A DNA stretch of 64,000 nucleotides from the human T2T-CHM13v2.0 reference genome, Homo sapiens. Positions 52,022 to 64,000 of the stretch are shown in pieces (position 1 is the stretch's first letter; each line of letters begins with the position of its first letter). Position numbers and translations under genes: made by a program. The notes under the pieces were generated by a model. That model made no database searches. It worked only from the letters and a program-made list of their open reading frames with translations, and had not been told where the DNA came from. The DNA lies in assembly GCF_009914755.1 (NCBI RefSeq), contig NC_060928.1. The stretch is one strand, 5' to 3'.

Positions 52022-52204
52022 TTCCCCTAGTTCTTGAGCTCTTCTAGGGCCACTAGATTCTCTTTCACCAGCATGAAGTAGGATCATTTTAGTTAGGGTC
52101 AAATTATAACCTTAAATCCCAAGTGACACTGTTCTTTTGTGACCACTAACCCCTCAAAAGATTTTTTTTTTTCTGATTTCAAAACTTCTCCTCCTAAATC
52201 ATCC

Positions 52205-52315
52205 TGCAAATTTTACTGAATCTCTACTGCATGCCAGAGGCCCCATTCTAGGCATTGGGGAAAAATACAGTGGTGCAGACAAGGAGCCTGTTCTCATGGA
52301 GCTTACATTCTAGAA
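52205..52315 (-). mobile_element. L2 3' end
   Basis: TTCTAGGCATTGGGG...ATACAGTGGTG...CCTGTTCTCATGGAGCTTACATTCTAG. Confidence 0.75.
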
Positions 52316-52449
52316 TCGGATCCAGATCGTTATGAATTTCCCCTTTATTTTGTTTTAGTCTCTTTCTTAAACTTTCAACTGTATTCTTCTGGTTACTCAA
52401 TCCCAGTTCATCCTAGGGCAGAAACATAAATTAAGTCCACTTTTATACT

Positions 52450-52808
52450 TGGTATTACGCACTGAATGTTTTTGTCTCTTTCAAATTCATATGTTGAAAT
52501 CGAATCCCTAATGTGATGGTATTTGGAGGTGAGGCCTTTGGGAGGTAATTAGGTCATGAGGAAAGAACCCTCATGAATGGAATTAGTGCCTTTTAGAAAG
52601 AGGCAGGAGAGCTAGCTCATTTGCTTGCCACCTTGGGAGGATACAACACGAAGTTGGCAGTTTGCAACCTGGAAGAGAGTCCTCGCCAGCACCTGACCAT
52701 GCTGGCACCCTGATCGCTGACTTTCAGCCTCCAGAAATATGGGAAATTTCTGTTCTTTATAAGTCACCCAGTCTATACTACTTTATTATAGCAGCTGGAA
52801 CTAAGGCA
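52450..52808 (+). mobile_element. MaLR solo LTR, MLT1A family
   Basis: CTGAATGTTTTTGTC...AATTCATATGTTGAAATC...GGAGGTGAGGCCTTTGGGAGGTAATTAGGTCATGAGG...GACTTTCAGCCTCCAGAA...TATAGCAGC. Confidence 0.88.
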
Positions 52809-53519
52809 CTTGTTTATCCTTCATCTGTAGGAAAATGCTAAATCAGATAATGGCAACCACTGTGAACTATATTATCTCTAGGGTATTATGGGGTCTCCAT
52901 GGCAGGTGAGAGAAATATCTTTTTATAACTAAAAATGTTGAGCACTCTAACCATTTGGATGCATATTTTTTACTCTCTGTATTTAAAAGTTAAGTCTCAT
53001 TTTCTACTTGTAGTTGACATCTGTTGTTATCATTTACTTCTCTGTTACATGCAGGGAGGATACATTCCCTAGTCTTCCATTTTTGTGTGTAGGGACTTTT
53101 TCAGAAAACACTCCTAGCTCCTTGGTTTCCTGTATCCCCCTTTTCCCTTCCCCTCAAGGGAGGAAGCGTGAGCTCCTTGATGGGTGAGTTTGGGTGCAGT
53201 GGCTGAGCATGTGACTCTCAGCCCCTTTCTATTTTCTCTTTGTCACCTACAAGTGTGCAAACAGCTTTCTATGCTCTTCCATGCCATACATGACAGGAGC
53301 AGGCCCCCATGGGAGACTGCATGTCCGTGATGGGGCAGGCCCATCTAATTCAGGAAGCAAGCTCATTTGGTTAACAGACCTAAAGCCATGTTGTAAGGCT
53401 GACATTTTAGGGCTTTTCTACTTGGCTCCTGGGTCTTTCTCTCAACTGGCTCCAAACTAAGGTGGGGCATTGAGCTTTCTCAAACCCCAACAGTACCCAT
53501 ATCTCAATTCCCTAGAGAA

Positions 53520-53910
53520 CCACCTTCTCCAGCTCATAGTAAGTTTGAATTAAGTGAAACTGACTCTACACATGAGACCCACAATTAGCTCCCCTTGGCT
53601 ACAAGATTTGTTTAAGGATGAACATAGGGCCCAGTCAGATCTAATGAATCACAGTGATGTTTTTCTCGTTGAGGAACTCTTAATTTTATCTGCTGGACCT
53701 AAAGGAGGGTGTAGGGATTACAGCCATTGCTGCCATCCCATTACAACATGAAGCCAAGAGATGTAGAAAAATGCTCCTGATGCCATTGGTTGAGTTCAGG
53801 TTTCAGCCACATCTGAAATGTATTCTACCCCTGGACTTTTCATCTTAAGTGAAACAATAAGTTCCCTTTGTGCTTAAGCTAGTTTGGGTCCGTTTCCTAC
53901 TGCTTGCAAT
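53520..53910 (+). mobile_element. MaLR LTR (MLT1K-like), diverged
   Basis: CCCCTGGACTTTTCA...CAATAAGTTCCCTTTGTGCTTAAGCTAGTTTGGG...TGCTTGCAA 3' end pattern. Confidence 0.6.
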
Positions 53911-54479
53911 GGTAAATGGATCATTCTTTATATTATTTTCATATTGTTAGTTTTAATTGATTTTAGATCACCACAGATCACCTCAATTACTCACGTTAGA
54001 TCCCAGGAGCTAGAAGCGATTTTAGAAAGTGTTAATAGCAGGAGGATACTTAGGTTTTAATGTTGAGATGTTAATTATTTTAGGCACCTTTTATTACCTA
54101 TTTACTTTGTCTATTTATTTGTTATTTTTTGGTAAACAAATCTGATGGGGTACTTGACTATAGTAAGTCTTTAATCAAACTTTAACAATGCAATCAGTTC
54201 ATTTTTTCCTTTTGATTAACTGGAGAAGAGCAACTCTTGGTCTTTAAAGTCATAGTGATCATTATAAATATCCTCAAGGAAACAACAAACTCTTGAGGAA
54301 AGTTATTTCAGTTACATCCCAACATAAGAGACTGGAAATTTTTTACCAAGAATTCTGGTAGAGGTGTAATATAACCAGGAGGGTGTTGTGGTTTGGATGG
54401 ACAATGAGAAGAGAGAAGGGCCTTCTGGGAATGGGGAAGAAAATCAGTGGAGTTAAGAGTGAGGCACATTCATAGCTGC

Positions 54480-55024
54480 TGAGGTGGAGATGGCAAGCTG
54501 TCCAAAAAAAAAAAAAAAAAATGTGAGCTTTCCCTTTCATTTTTCATAGCATTGCTGCTGGGAGGTGGCTGCTCATCCAGGGACTATATTTTTCAACACT
54601 CTTTGCATCTAGATATGGTCATGTGACTTGTTCTCACCAGTGAAATGTGAGTGGAAGCTACTTCTATGCCAAGGCTTTTAAAAAGTAGCCTACTTTCCTG
54701 GTACGTTTCCTCCTTTCATCCCTACATTGTCCTTCTAGTGGTTAGTAGGGGCATAAACTCAAAGAAGCTTGGCTTTCTGAATCACTGAATGAGAGAAAAC
54801 TTGCTTTGATTTTTTTTTTTTTTTTTCAAGAGACAGGGTCTTGCTGTGTCACCCAGGTTGGAATGCAGTGGGGTGACCGTAGCTTACTGCAGCCTCGTAC
54901 TCCTGGGCTCAAGTGATCCTTCTGCCTAGGCCTCCCAAAGGTGCTAGGATTACAGGCATGAGCTATCACGCCCAGACTGGACTATTTTGTGAAAGGGAAA
55001 TAAAGTTCTATTGTGTTTGGCCAC
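54480..55024 (+). mobile_element. Old MaLR LTR (MLT1I/J-like) hosting Alu and MST insertions
   Basis: GGGACTATATTTTTCAACACTCTTTGCATCTAGATATGGTCATGTGACT...GAAATGTGAGTGGAAG; GAAATAAAGTTCTATTGTGTT. Confidence 0.55.
54810..54978 (-). mobile_element. Chimeric Alu monomer (left-arm 5' half plus right-arm 3' half, J type)
   Basis: Sense reading CTCATGCCTGTAATCCTAGCACCTTTGGGAGGCC (left arm) runs into GAGGCTGCAGTAAGC...CCACTGCATTCCAACCTGGG (right arm). Confidence 0.85.
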
Positions 55025-55437
55025 TGTATTAGGCTGTTCTTACATTGCCATAAAGAAATACCTGAGACTGGGTAATTTATAAGAAAAGAGATTTAATTGG
55101 CTCATGGTTCTGCAGGCTGTACAGGAAGTATGACACTGGCATCTGCTTCTGGGGAGGCCTCAGGAAGCTTTCCCTTGTGGCAAAAGGTGAAGCAGGAGTA
55201 GGCACTTCACATAGAGAAAGCAGGAGCAAGCCAGAAAGAGAGAGAGGCAGGGGGAGATGCCACACACTTTTAAACAACCAGATCTCTTGAAAACTCACTC
55301 ACTATCGCACGGACAGCACTAAGCCATGAGGGATCCACCCCCATGATCCAAACACCTCCCACCAGGCCCCAACGCTAGCAGTGGGGATTACATTTCAACA
55401 TGAGATTTGGGCAGGGACAAATATCCAAACAATATCG
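55025..55437 (-). mobile_element. MaLR solo LTR, MSTA-like
   Basis: TGTATTAGGCTGTTCTT...AAAGAAATACCTGAGACTGGGTAATTTATAAGAAAAGAG...CATGAGATTTGGGCAGGGACAAATATCCAAAC. Confidence 0.9.
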
Positions 55438-55478
55438 GTCAGTGTGCATTTACAGATATATTTGATACAAAAAGATCT

Positions 55479-55659
55479 CAGTGCTTCTCAAAGTGCGGTT
55501 TCCAGACCAGGAACATCAGCCTCGCTGGAGACTTGTTAGACATGAAAATTCTCAGGCCCCACTCTTGACCTACTGAATTAGAATCTCGGATCCAGAGATC
55601 TGTGTATCTGACAAGCCCTCCAGGTGGTCCTAATGCACACTCAAGTTTGAGGACCACTG
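55479..55659 (+). mobile_element. MER5A
   Basis: CAGTGCTTCTCAAAGTG...ATTCTCAGGCCCCACTC..GACCTACTGAATTAGAATCTC...AAGTTTGAGGACCACTG (terminal inverted repeats). Confidence 0.85.
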
Positions 55660-55975
55660 CCTTGTGCCGTCCCTACCAACTTCATCACCGCTCTAACTGA
55701 TCAGTAGACATGGGTTGTTTCTCTCCTCAGCTTTGCCTTTTCTGGATTAAACTCTCAAAGTGTCTAAAGTTTCTGAGCTTCATTAGCAATGGTGCTGAAA
55801 GTTAAGGATAATGTTGAAAAATCTTGTGCATGAGGGAAGACATTTGGTGAGTTTGAAGTTCTGATGAATTTTGAGAAAAAGAAACATCCTGAAAGCTTAA
55901 GATAGCTTAAAAACAACTTTTGTTCAGTTCTAAATATTAGCACTTTTTATAAAAGGGCATATATCCTACCTAGAA

Positions 55976-56276
55976 CAGGGGTCACAACCCAGATGCCCCC
56001 CAGGTAATCTAATCCAGGGGAGTGGGCCAAGTGGAGGGCAGCGAACAGTATGAAGCAACAGCTGATTGTTAAGAGTATGGGCCCAGTGACTTCAGGTCTA
56101 AACATTATTAAAAAGAACTGCAGATTTGCATTTTCATTTTACATCTTCTGGTTTGTAAATGTTAACTCACATTACAAAAAATCCAAATCCAAGAAACAAA
56201 ACCAAAAATTTTGTATGGGTTGAACATGCCTGAGTGTTTAATTTGGCCCCTGGGCTGCCAGTTTTACAACCTTTGT
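55976..56276 (-). mobile_element. hAT MITE, MER102-like
   Basis: CAGGGGTCACAAC... left end and ...TTTGGCCCCTGGGCTGCCAGTTTTACAACCTTTG right end. Confidence 0.6.
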
Positions 56277-56395
56277 CTGGAAGTACCAGGGAAGCAGTCA
56301 GGTTGCTAATGTCTCCTCTTACTCATTAGGAGGCAAAATAACTTTTACACAATCATGAGCTCCAAAAGGGAGACGAATAAGAGCTGTACAAAGTA

Positions 56396-56409
56396 GTTGC
56401 CAAGGTAAC
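56396..56409. promoter_or_regulatory. RFX X-box motif
   Basis: GTTGCCAAGGTAAC fits GTNRCC(N0-3)RGYAAC; half-sites nearby at 56302 and 56601. Confidence 0.55.
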
Positions 56410-57299
56410 ATCTTGCTGATCAGAAAGGGGCGACAATTGGGTTTTATGTAGACGCAGTGGGAGAATGAAACATAATCTTTCTCTGTCTTCTTTCTGTTTA
56501 AGATCAGTGTGGAAATGGATGTGGACGCGGTGCTGCTGCCTGAGATTAGCAGGAAGCAATTCTTTTCCCATTTGGAGAGACCCCGGTGAGACCTGATCAA
56601 CTAGCAACATGCGGAAGTCACACCATTAAGTCTTCCAATTTGCTAGCAGCAAATCAATGAACTCTGATAGCTGCTGCCCTAAGCTAGCATCCAGGGAACT
56701 GTGGACAAGCTATTTGATACCTGAATTTTAGTGAAGGAAAGTTAAATTTTTTCTTAAAGCAGGGTGGGAGTGGGGTTGTGTGGGGAAGATTATATTAAGC
56801 AGTGAGAGAAGACAGATGGAGTTTTGTAGAAAGAGAGCTGGTTGTTTTAAATTGTATCTTAAATTTATTGTAGAGCTATTGGTAATTAGTGTTTTGTTGT
56901 TGTGTGTTTATACCAACCAATTAATAAGAAAGGCTTTTATTTTTATTTCATCAGTTGGAGCTGAACTTTATTTTTTATTATAAATATAAGGCATTATTCT
57001 AGGGCCTGGCAAACATAGGCAGCCACTTTTTTTTTCTGGGGAAGATTATACCTTGGTATGTTTTCACCACTGTGAGATGAAAATTTGAGAACAGTGAGAG
57101 ACAGATGCTTGCCTGAGGAGTTTTATTTTCCCTTTAATCCTTATCAAATATCCAGATATTACCTATATTGCCTTGATCTGCTGTCTGAAGGTGGGTTTCT
57201 TTGATTGTTTGAAGAGTTCTGGGCACTAGAGGTGCTTACTTTGTGACGGGAGCAAATAACAAGGTGTTGCCCATGACATGGTCAAGCCTCTTCTTCAAT

Positions 57300-58460
<1,161 letters not shown>

Positions 58461-61174
58461 CAATTTAGACTTTTTAAACCAACTTTTGAAGGTTGGTTTT
58501 TAAAAAATAAATGACTGGATCATGTTCTAACTACTCATAGTCTCAGCCAAACACAATTGCGGAAGGCCTAGCCAAAGGCTCTTTGCTCAGTGAAAGTCCC
58601 ATGAATCTCAGGCACAGAGGATAGTCTGGAAAGACCTAACCTGCACATGCAAATCTATTAAGAAAGATGAAGTCTTAGGCTTATATGGAGCTAAATAATT
58701 GCATGTTTAATGCAATGCCAGGGTACAGGTAATGGTGATTGGAGTTGGAGGGGTGATGTGTGTGGTGGGTGAGGAAGTCAGGGCTGAGTCCTAGGTGAGA
58801 TCTATAAGAGTGATGTTTATTTATGCATCTGAGGGCTGGGACTCTCATGACAGGATTTATTTTCATTCTCTTTCAAGGAGAGCCATGCTGCCTTGCTGCT
58901 TCTTGCTCGTGTACACAGAGCACTTGGTGTCTTGCGAATCCCCTTTGACGCCGGTGCCTTTCCAGGCCAGTGCTTTGCTTGTGTTCAGAGGATGCATGCT
59001 CAGGCCCTACCAGACTATCTTAGGGATGAGGGGCAAATTTTGTTTCCAATGCTCTGTGTGGGCCCTCCATGGCATTTTCTTCATTTTGGGTTCCATCCTG
59101 GCCTAAAGCTTCCCATTAAAGCTAATGGCCATTGGAGTTAACCCAAATTTTCTCCTTTGGTATTTATAAAAAGCAACACTGAAAAACCTTGAAATTAACT
59201 AACAATAAAAAAACCATTGATCGGTTCTTTCCTGGAGATGGTTCTTTCTTCTCAAATAGGCCACTTTGCAGACTGGAAATCACCCCAATCCTCAAATAGC
59301 CTAATATTTTTCACATGTGATTCCAGCAAATTGCTGTTTGCATTAACACCTTGGTGGGGACTCACTTAAGAGCTAGATTTGTTAGTGTATTTACTGACAT
59401 TTTCACATGATGTTTTCAGCTGCCTGAATAATTGTAATATTCACCAGAAAAAAATCAAAGTAATGAAAGGTGCCTACAATTATTCATATCTCAACATTGT
59501 AAGCCTTAATTTCCTGCCTGAAGTGTGGTAAATTACTCATTTTTAAAGTCATCTCTAGCCACTGAGAGTTTATGGTGATGTATATAGATGTTTTGTAGAT
59601 TCCAAAAAAAATCAATGACTATGAATATCACAGACTGTCAAAACAGCTGGTGTGATTATAAAATAATGAGATCAACTAAAGACATCAGCTCTCAGACATC
59701 CAAATTGTAAGAGGAAAATGAAGACGAGGAAGGGGAAAGTGAATTGCTTAATGTCTTGTAGGTACCAAATAATAGAGTCAGTATCTGCCACTGCCATGCT
59801 GAAGATTTTGCACTGTTACTTACACAGATTCATTCCCCTTTTTGCAGGCTTTGTTGGGCCAGGAGATGGTTTTGCAGCAGCAGAAGACTATGAACTGGGC
59901 TTTGGGAGATAGGATCTCTGGTTGTATTCTGGCTATCCACACTCTGAAAGAGGACCGTGACAGGTATTGTCATTATTGGTGGCTGAGTTTCTAGGTTAGC
60001 CAACCTATGGCAGATTGGGAAGACTTTATAATGCGAATAAACAGAAGAAAGTTTACTTGATCAAAAAAGATTTTTTCTCCTGGTGGAAACTGCAATTATT
60101 AGGGCAACTCTTTAAGTGTCCATCAATATTAGGATGCATTTTAACAGGTTAAGTACTCTTCTAACTGGGATGAATAGGGCATTGACAGGAAAATTAACAC
60201 ACAAGTTCTTATATCCTCCTTCCCTTATATCTGGTCGCATAACCTAATGTGAATTTTTTATGCCTTTAAGTGCTGATATTATGGAAAAACCTTCTAAAAC
60301 TGGATAAATATCATTTTCCAAGACTCAGATCAAATATCACATCTTTCTCTGATTTTCTTGATCCTTCCTGCCAAAAAGAAATAGCACCATATATGCATTA
60401 GTATAATCTATTTGTAATTAACATAAAATTTCTCATTTTACAGAGAATTTGAGTATCCTACCAATATACCTACAAAAGGATGAAAGAAGATTTGGAGTCA
60501 AGGGAAAACAAGGGCAATAAAATAGAAGCTTACCACCTGCTCTCATACAGTTGCTAGAAGAGGACTGCATATTTGGTTCTAAGTTTCTGGAAGATAAAGC
60601 CAAAATAGAAACACAACTCATTATAAAATTTTGGTGTATCCATAAAATAAAAACAAATGACCTGTTTGAGAAAACTCTTTCTGAGTTTGAGCTCTAAAAG
60701 GAACTTCTCTATGGAATCCTTAGAATATGAGAAGGCTGTGATATAGGGGAGAAACCCCTTGACATTCCTATATTGGGTTTAGGTCTAATTTCACTCAGTA
60801 GTTTTTAAATGTTACTCCTTGTAGACAGATGATGAGACGCCAAAGTACAGCTGAGTGAAAGCGGTTCCTTTGAAAACTAAAGGCTGTAAAAACAAGGCTG
60901 TGGATCATGTTGTTTCAGTTCTTTATAGATTTTTTAAACTGAATTTTGCATCTGTGTACATGAAGAATAAATTGTAGAATATCTAAGGAAATGGATGGGC
61001 TGCTTATCTTTTAGAACCTCCATAAATTATTTATTGTAAGTATGTTTGATAAGGATTGTACAGCTGAGAGTTCAAGGTTGCATTTTTTTCCCCAGCAAGA
61101 ACCAAAAGTGCAGATAACATGCAGCCAATTAAGGACAAATCTGTATGGTTTGTCAATCAATCTGTCAGGATGTC

Positions 61175-61345
61175 CCTGAATTGTAGCACTTATCACTTGG
61201 TATTATAGACATCTGTGTCCCTGGCATAACTGCATCCTCTTCAAGGGCAGGAATTGCTTCTTTTCCATTTTTGCACTCTAGCATCCAGCATTATGTTTGA
61301 GACCTAGCATCTATATGAGAGACTTTGTTGAACGGAATCAATTGA
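61175..61345 (+). mobile_element. L2 3' end
   Basis: TAGCACTTATCAC...CCTCTTCAAGGGCAGGAATTGC...TTTTGCACTCTAGCATCCAGCA...TTGTTGAACGGAAT. Confidence 0.65.
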
Positions 61346-61649
61346 AAGGCTTCCCATTATCATGCAGTACTACTTGACAAAGATCAGAACCCTGAGCAAT
61401 CAAGGGCAGGAAACATAGGCTAGCTGAGCTTTGAAGGAAGTGAAAAGAAAAAGAGGCAGCAAAGATGGGAACATGGAGGACAGTCTGAGAAAACAAGCTC
61501 AGGGTTGAAGGGGGTGTTCCAGTGAAGGGGTGATGAGTGGGACCTCACACATGGAGCAGATAACATTGGTGCATCAGTTGATTTAAATGAGCAGAATGGA
61601 AAGTGTCTAAAAGAGAGATGTGGAAATGAGTAGAAACATCCCTTTCCTG

Positions 61650-62705
61650 TTGGGCCAGCTATTGTCTATGGTTAGTCCTTTTCCCATCCTTATTTCCTCT
61701 CCTCTGAATTGCAAGTTGCTGGAAACATGAGAAGTGCATTCCTTGCTCCCTTGGTTACTGGGCTTCAGTTAGCATTTGCCAATGAGGGTGAGCACTCATG
61801 GGAGACTGGAAAGTGGTAGAAAGGGAAAGCCATTCAGCTGGCTGTGACAGTGGCAGCAGCGGGCAGTACCGTGGGCTCCAACAGCATTGGTGGTGGCTCC
61901 AGCATCATCACTGGGAGCTTGGGCTCCTGGGTTCCTGCTCAGCAGCTATGGTCAGTACCTTCTGAGATGGCCTCCTCTGATCCTCACCTCTTGGTATTCA
62001 TGGCCTTGTGAAATCCCCTTTGCTTGAGTAACTTGCTGCCAACCAATAGAATATGGCAATGTTGAGGGTTGCTACCTTTCTGACTAGGTTGCAAATGATT
62101 GTGACTTCTGTCTTGCTGGCAGGCTCTCTCTATTTGCCTTTTGGTTTGTGTGCTCTGAGGATGCAAACTGCCATGTTCGTGAGACCTGCATGGCGAGGAA
62201 TTGAGGGCAGACTCTGTCCAACAGCCAGTGAGAAACTGAGGTCCAACAGCCTACACGGAGCTGAATCTTACCAATAACTACATGAACTTGAAAGTGTATC
62301 CTTCCCTTCAGATGAGTGTAGCCTGAGTGACACCTTAACTGAAGCCTATGAGAGGCCCTGAAGCAGAGGAAGGACCCAGCTAGCTCACACCTAGATTTCT
62401 GATGCATAGAAACTGTGAGATAGCATGTGTTATTTTAAGCCAGTTTTGAGATGATTTGTTATACAATAGCAATAGATAACAAATATGATGGCAGAGCTCT
62501 GTTCCAACAGCAGTAGCAAGCGTGTGCTTGCCGACTCTGGATCACTCCACATTCACCTCTTTGCTTCTACAGCTATGGGACAATAGCAGCAGCGTCCTAC
62601 AGTTGCCAATTTCTAGGTAATGCCATTTTCCACTTGACCTGTGTTTTCAAAACCTTTGTCACCATTTTCCTATATTAAATTCCTTCATAATAACAGAAGA
62701 GTGGC
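61650..62705 (+). mobile_element. ERVL LTR33-like, split by MLT1F
   Basis: TTTGCCAATGAGGG..GCACTCATGGGAGACTGGAAAG...GAAAGCCATT; resumes CCTACAGTTGCCAATTTCTAGG...ATTAAATTCCTT...GAGTGGCT. Confidence 0.65.
61946..62485 (+). mobile_element. MaLR solo LTR, MLT1F-like
   Basis: GATGGCCTCC..TGATCCTCACCTCTTGGTATTCATGGCCTTGTG...ACCAATAGAATATGGCAA...AGAAACTGTGAGATA...GCAATAGATAAC. Confidence 0.82.
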
Positions 62706-63584
62706 TAACATATGCACACAACTATTTTTCTTGATAGGGAGATAAAGAGAGCATTGCTGTATATTAAATGTAGTTATGTCTTTTTAGATGTTTAAGAAAA
62801 TGAAATGCACCTTTTTTCAAGTGAATAAATGTTTGCCTCTCTGTAGTTCTTGGTTTTTGGGAGAAGGTCAACTTCAAAAGATAGAGTCATTGGCACCTTC
62901 TTTCTGTAGTGTGCTTGACTGTATATCCCTGCCCACCCACAGGCAGCAAAGGCAATGCATGAGGGATTTTGAAGGACACACAGTAGCTGCTTCTGTTTTC
63001 ATGTGGGAGTCCAAGGAAGTATAAATGCTGCATGCTCCCTGTAACTAGAATAAAATATTATGGTGTGTGTATAAGGGCAAACTCCTAACTCAGCAGGTGA
63101 ACAACCATATCGACTTCATTCCCCCTGGAGACTGAAATTAGAAAGAAACCTACATATCAGGCCACAGCAGCCCTTGATGAAGCTCAAAAGAGAGGTGGCA
63201 AACTCACAGCTACACAGCAAAAACCAAGTCAGAGGCAGCAAAAGCTGTAGTTTGAGAACAAAGGGAAAGAAAAAGACTAGTCAAAGAGGCCATATCTACC
63301 CACCCACAGAAAACCCAGAGAAGAAAATAAGTTACATTTCTCCCACTGGAAGGCTTGGGGGAGGAGACATTCAGGAAAGCCACAGGGGCAGAAAATTAGA
63401 TAGTTTATCTGAAAAAGGAAAAATGAACTAAAGTGTGCTTTTGATAGATGGCTGGAAGTGAGCACAAAGGCAAAACACCAACATACACTTGGCGTCTGAA
63501 GAATGTCTTTTATCCAAAGATCTTAGAGCAGTTTGAGTGTATTAATTTACTTGTGAGACAGTTAAATTATTATTCGTTCATTTT

Positions 63585-63760
63585 TATGTGGCATTTTATT
63601 CTAAAATTTGCTAAGGATTTTATAACTCAAGTACATTGGTTATTCCCCAAACAGCCCTGTAGATGCAGTGTGGCCATTACTGTATGACACATGTGGACAC
63701 TGAGCCTCAGAGATGTCAGGAAACAGAGAGAATCAGAGGAGGCTGGAAGATCAGCGATGA
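63585..63760 (-). mobile_element. MIR fragment
   Basis: ATTCCCCAAACAGCCCTGTAG...GGACACTGAGCCTCAGAGATG. Confidence 0.5.
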
Positions 63761-63839
63761 CTGTATGAACACTGAATAAGGAATGGGGAACTCTGTGGAG
63801 ACAACTCAGTCTTTTCTATGGCTATTTCTTCATGGCTTC

Positions 63840-64000
63840 TGTGGTAGATAGAATGATGGTCCTCCAAAGATGTCCACATCCTAACTCGTGGAACCTGTGG
63901 ATATGTTATCTAATATGGTGGAAAGGACTTTGCAGATATATAAGTTAAGAATATTGAGAGGGGAAAATTCTCCTGGGTTATCTGGGTGGGCCCAATGTAA
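63840..64000 (+). mobile_element. MaLR LTR 5' part (MLT1C/D-like), runs off the window end
   Basis: TGTGGTAGATAGAATGATGG..CCAAAGATGTCCACATCCTAA...GGAACCTGTG...GGACTTTGCAGAT...TTATCTGGGTGGGCCCAATGTAA. Confidence 0.85.

Overview
This is human genomic DNA: it contains a human-specific AluYb8 and a hominid SVA. It looks gene-poor and intergenic or deep intronic. I find no credible protein-coding exon, RNA gene or CRISPR array, and the ORF track is explained by Alu, SVA, L1 and LTR sequence or by chance. Much of the window is interspersed repeats: about 20 Alu/FLAM copies, one full-length SVA, L1PA/PB/M fragments, many solo LTRs, hAT/Tigger MITEs, L2 and MIR, several of them nested. The unique DNA holds two CpG islands with no associated ORF (~18.95-19.72 kb and ~49.73-51.33 kb), two good CTCF motifs and several repeat-free, motif-dense blocks that resemble enhancers. 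The most notable structure is in the second island. It is interrupted by a young AluYb8 and, 130 bp away, by a 5'-truncated L1PA followed by ~190 bp of CpG-free AT-rich DNA and a second A-tail, which is a candidate L1 3' transduction with a testable empty-site prediction. I see no evidence for a new gene system. Repeat subfamily names come from recalled consensus features, not a database search, and boundaries of old elements are approximate.
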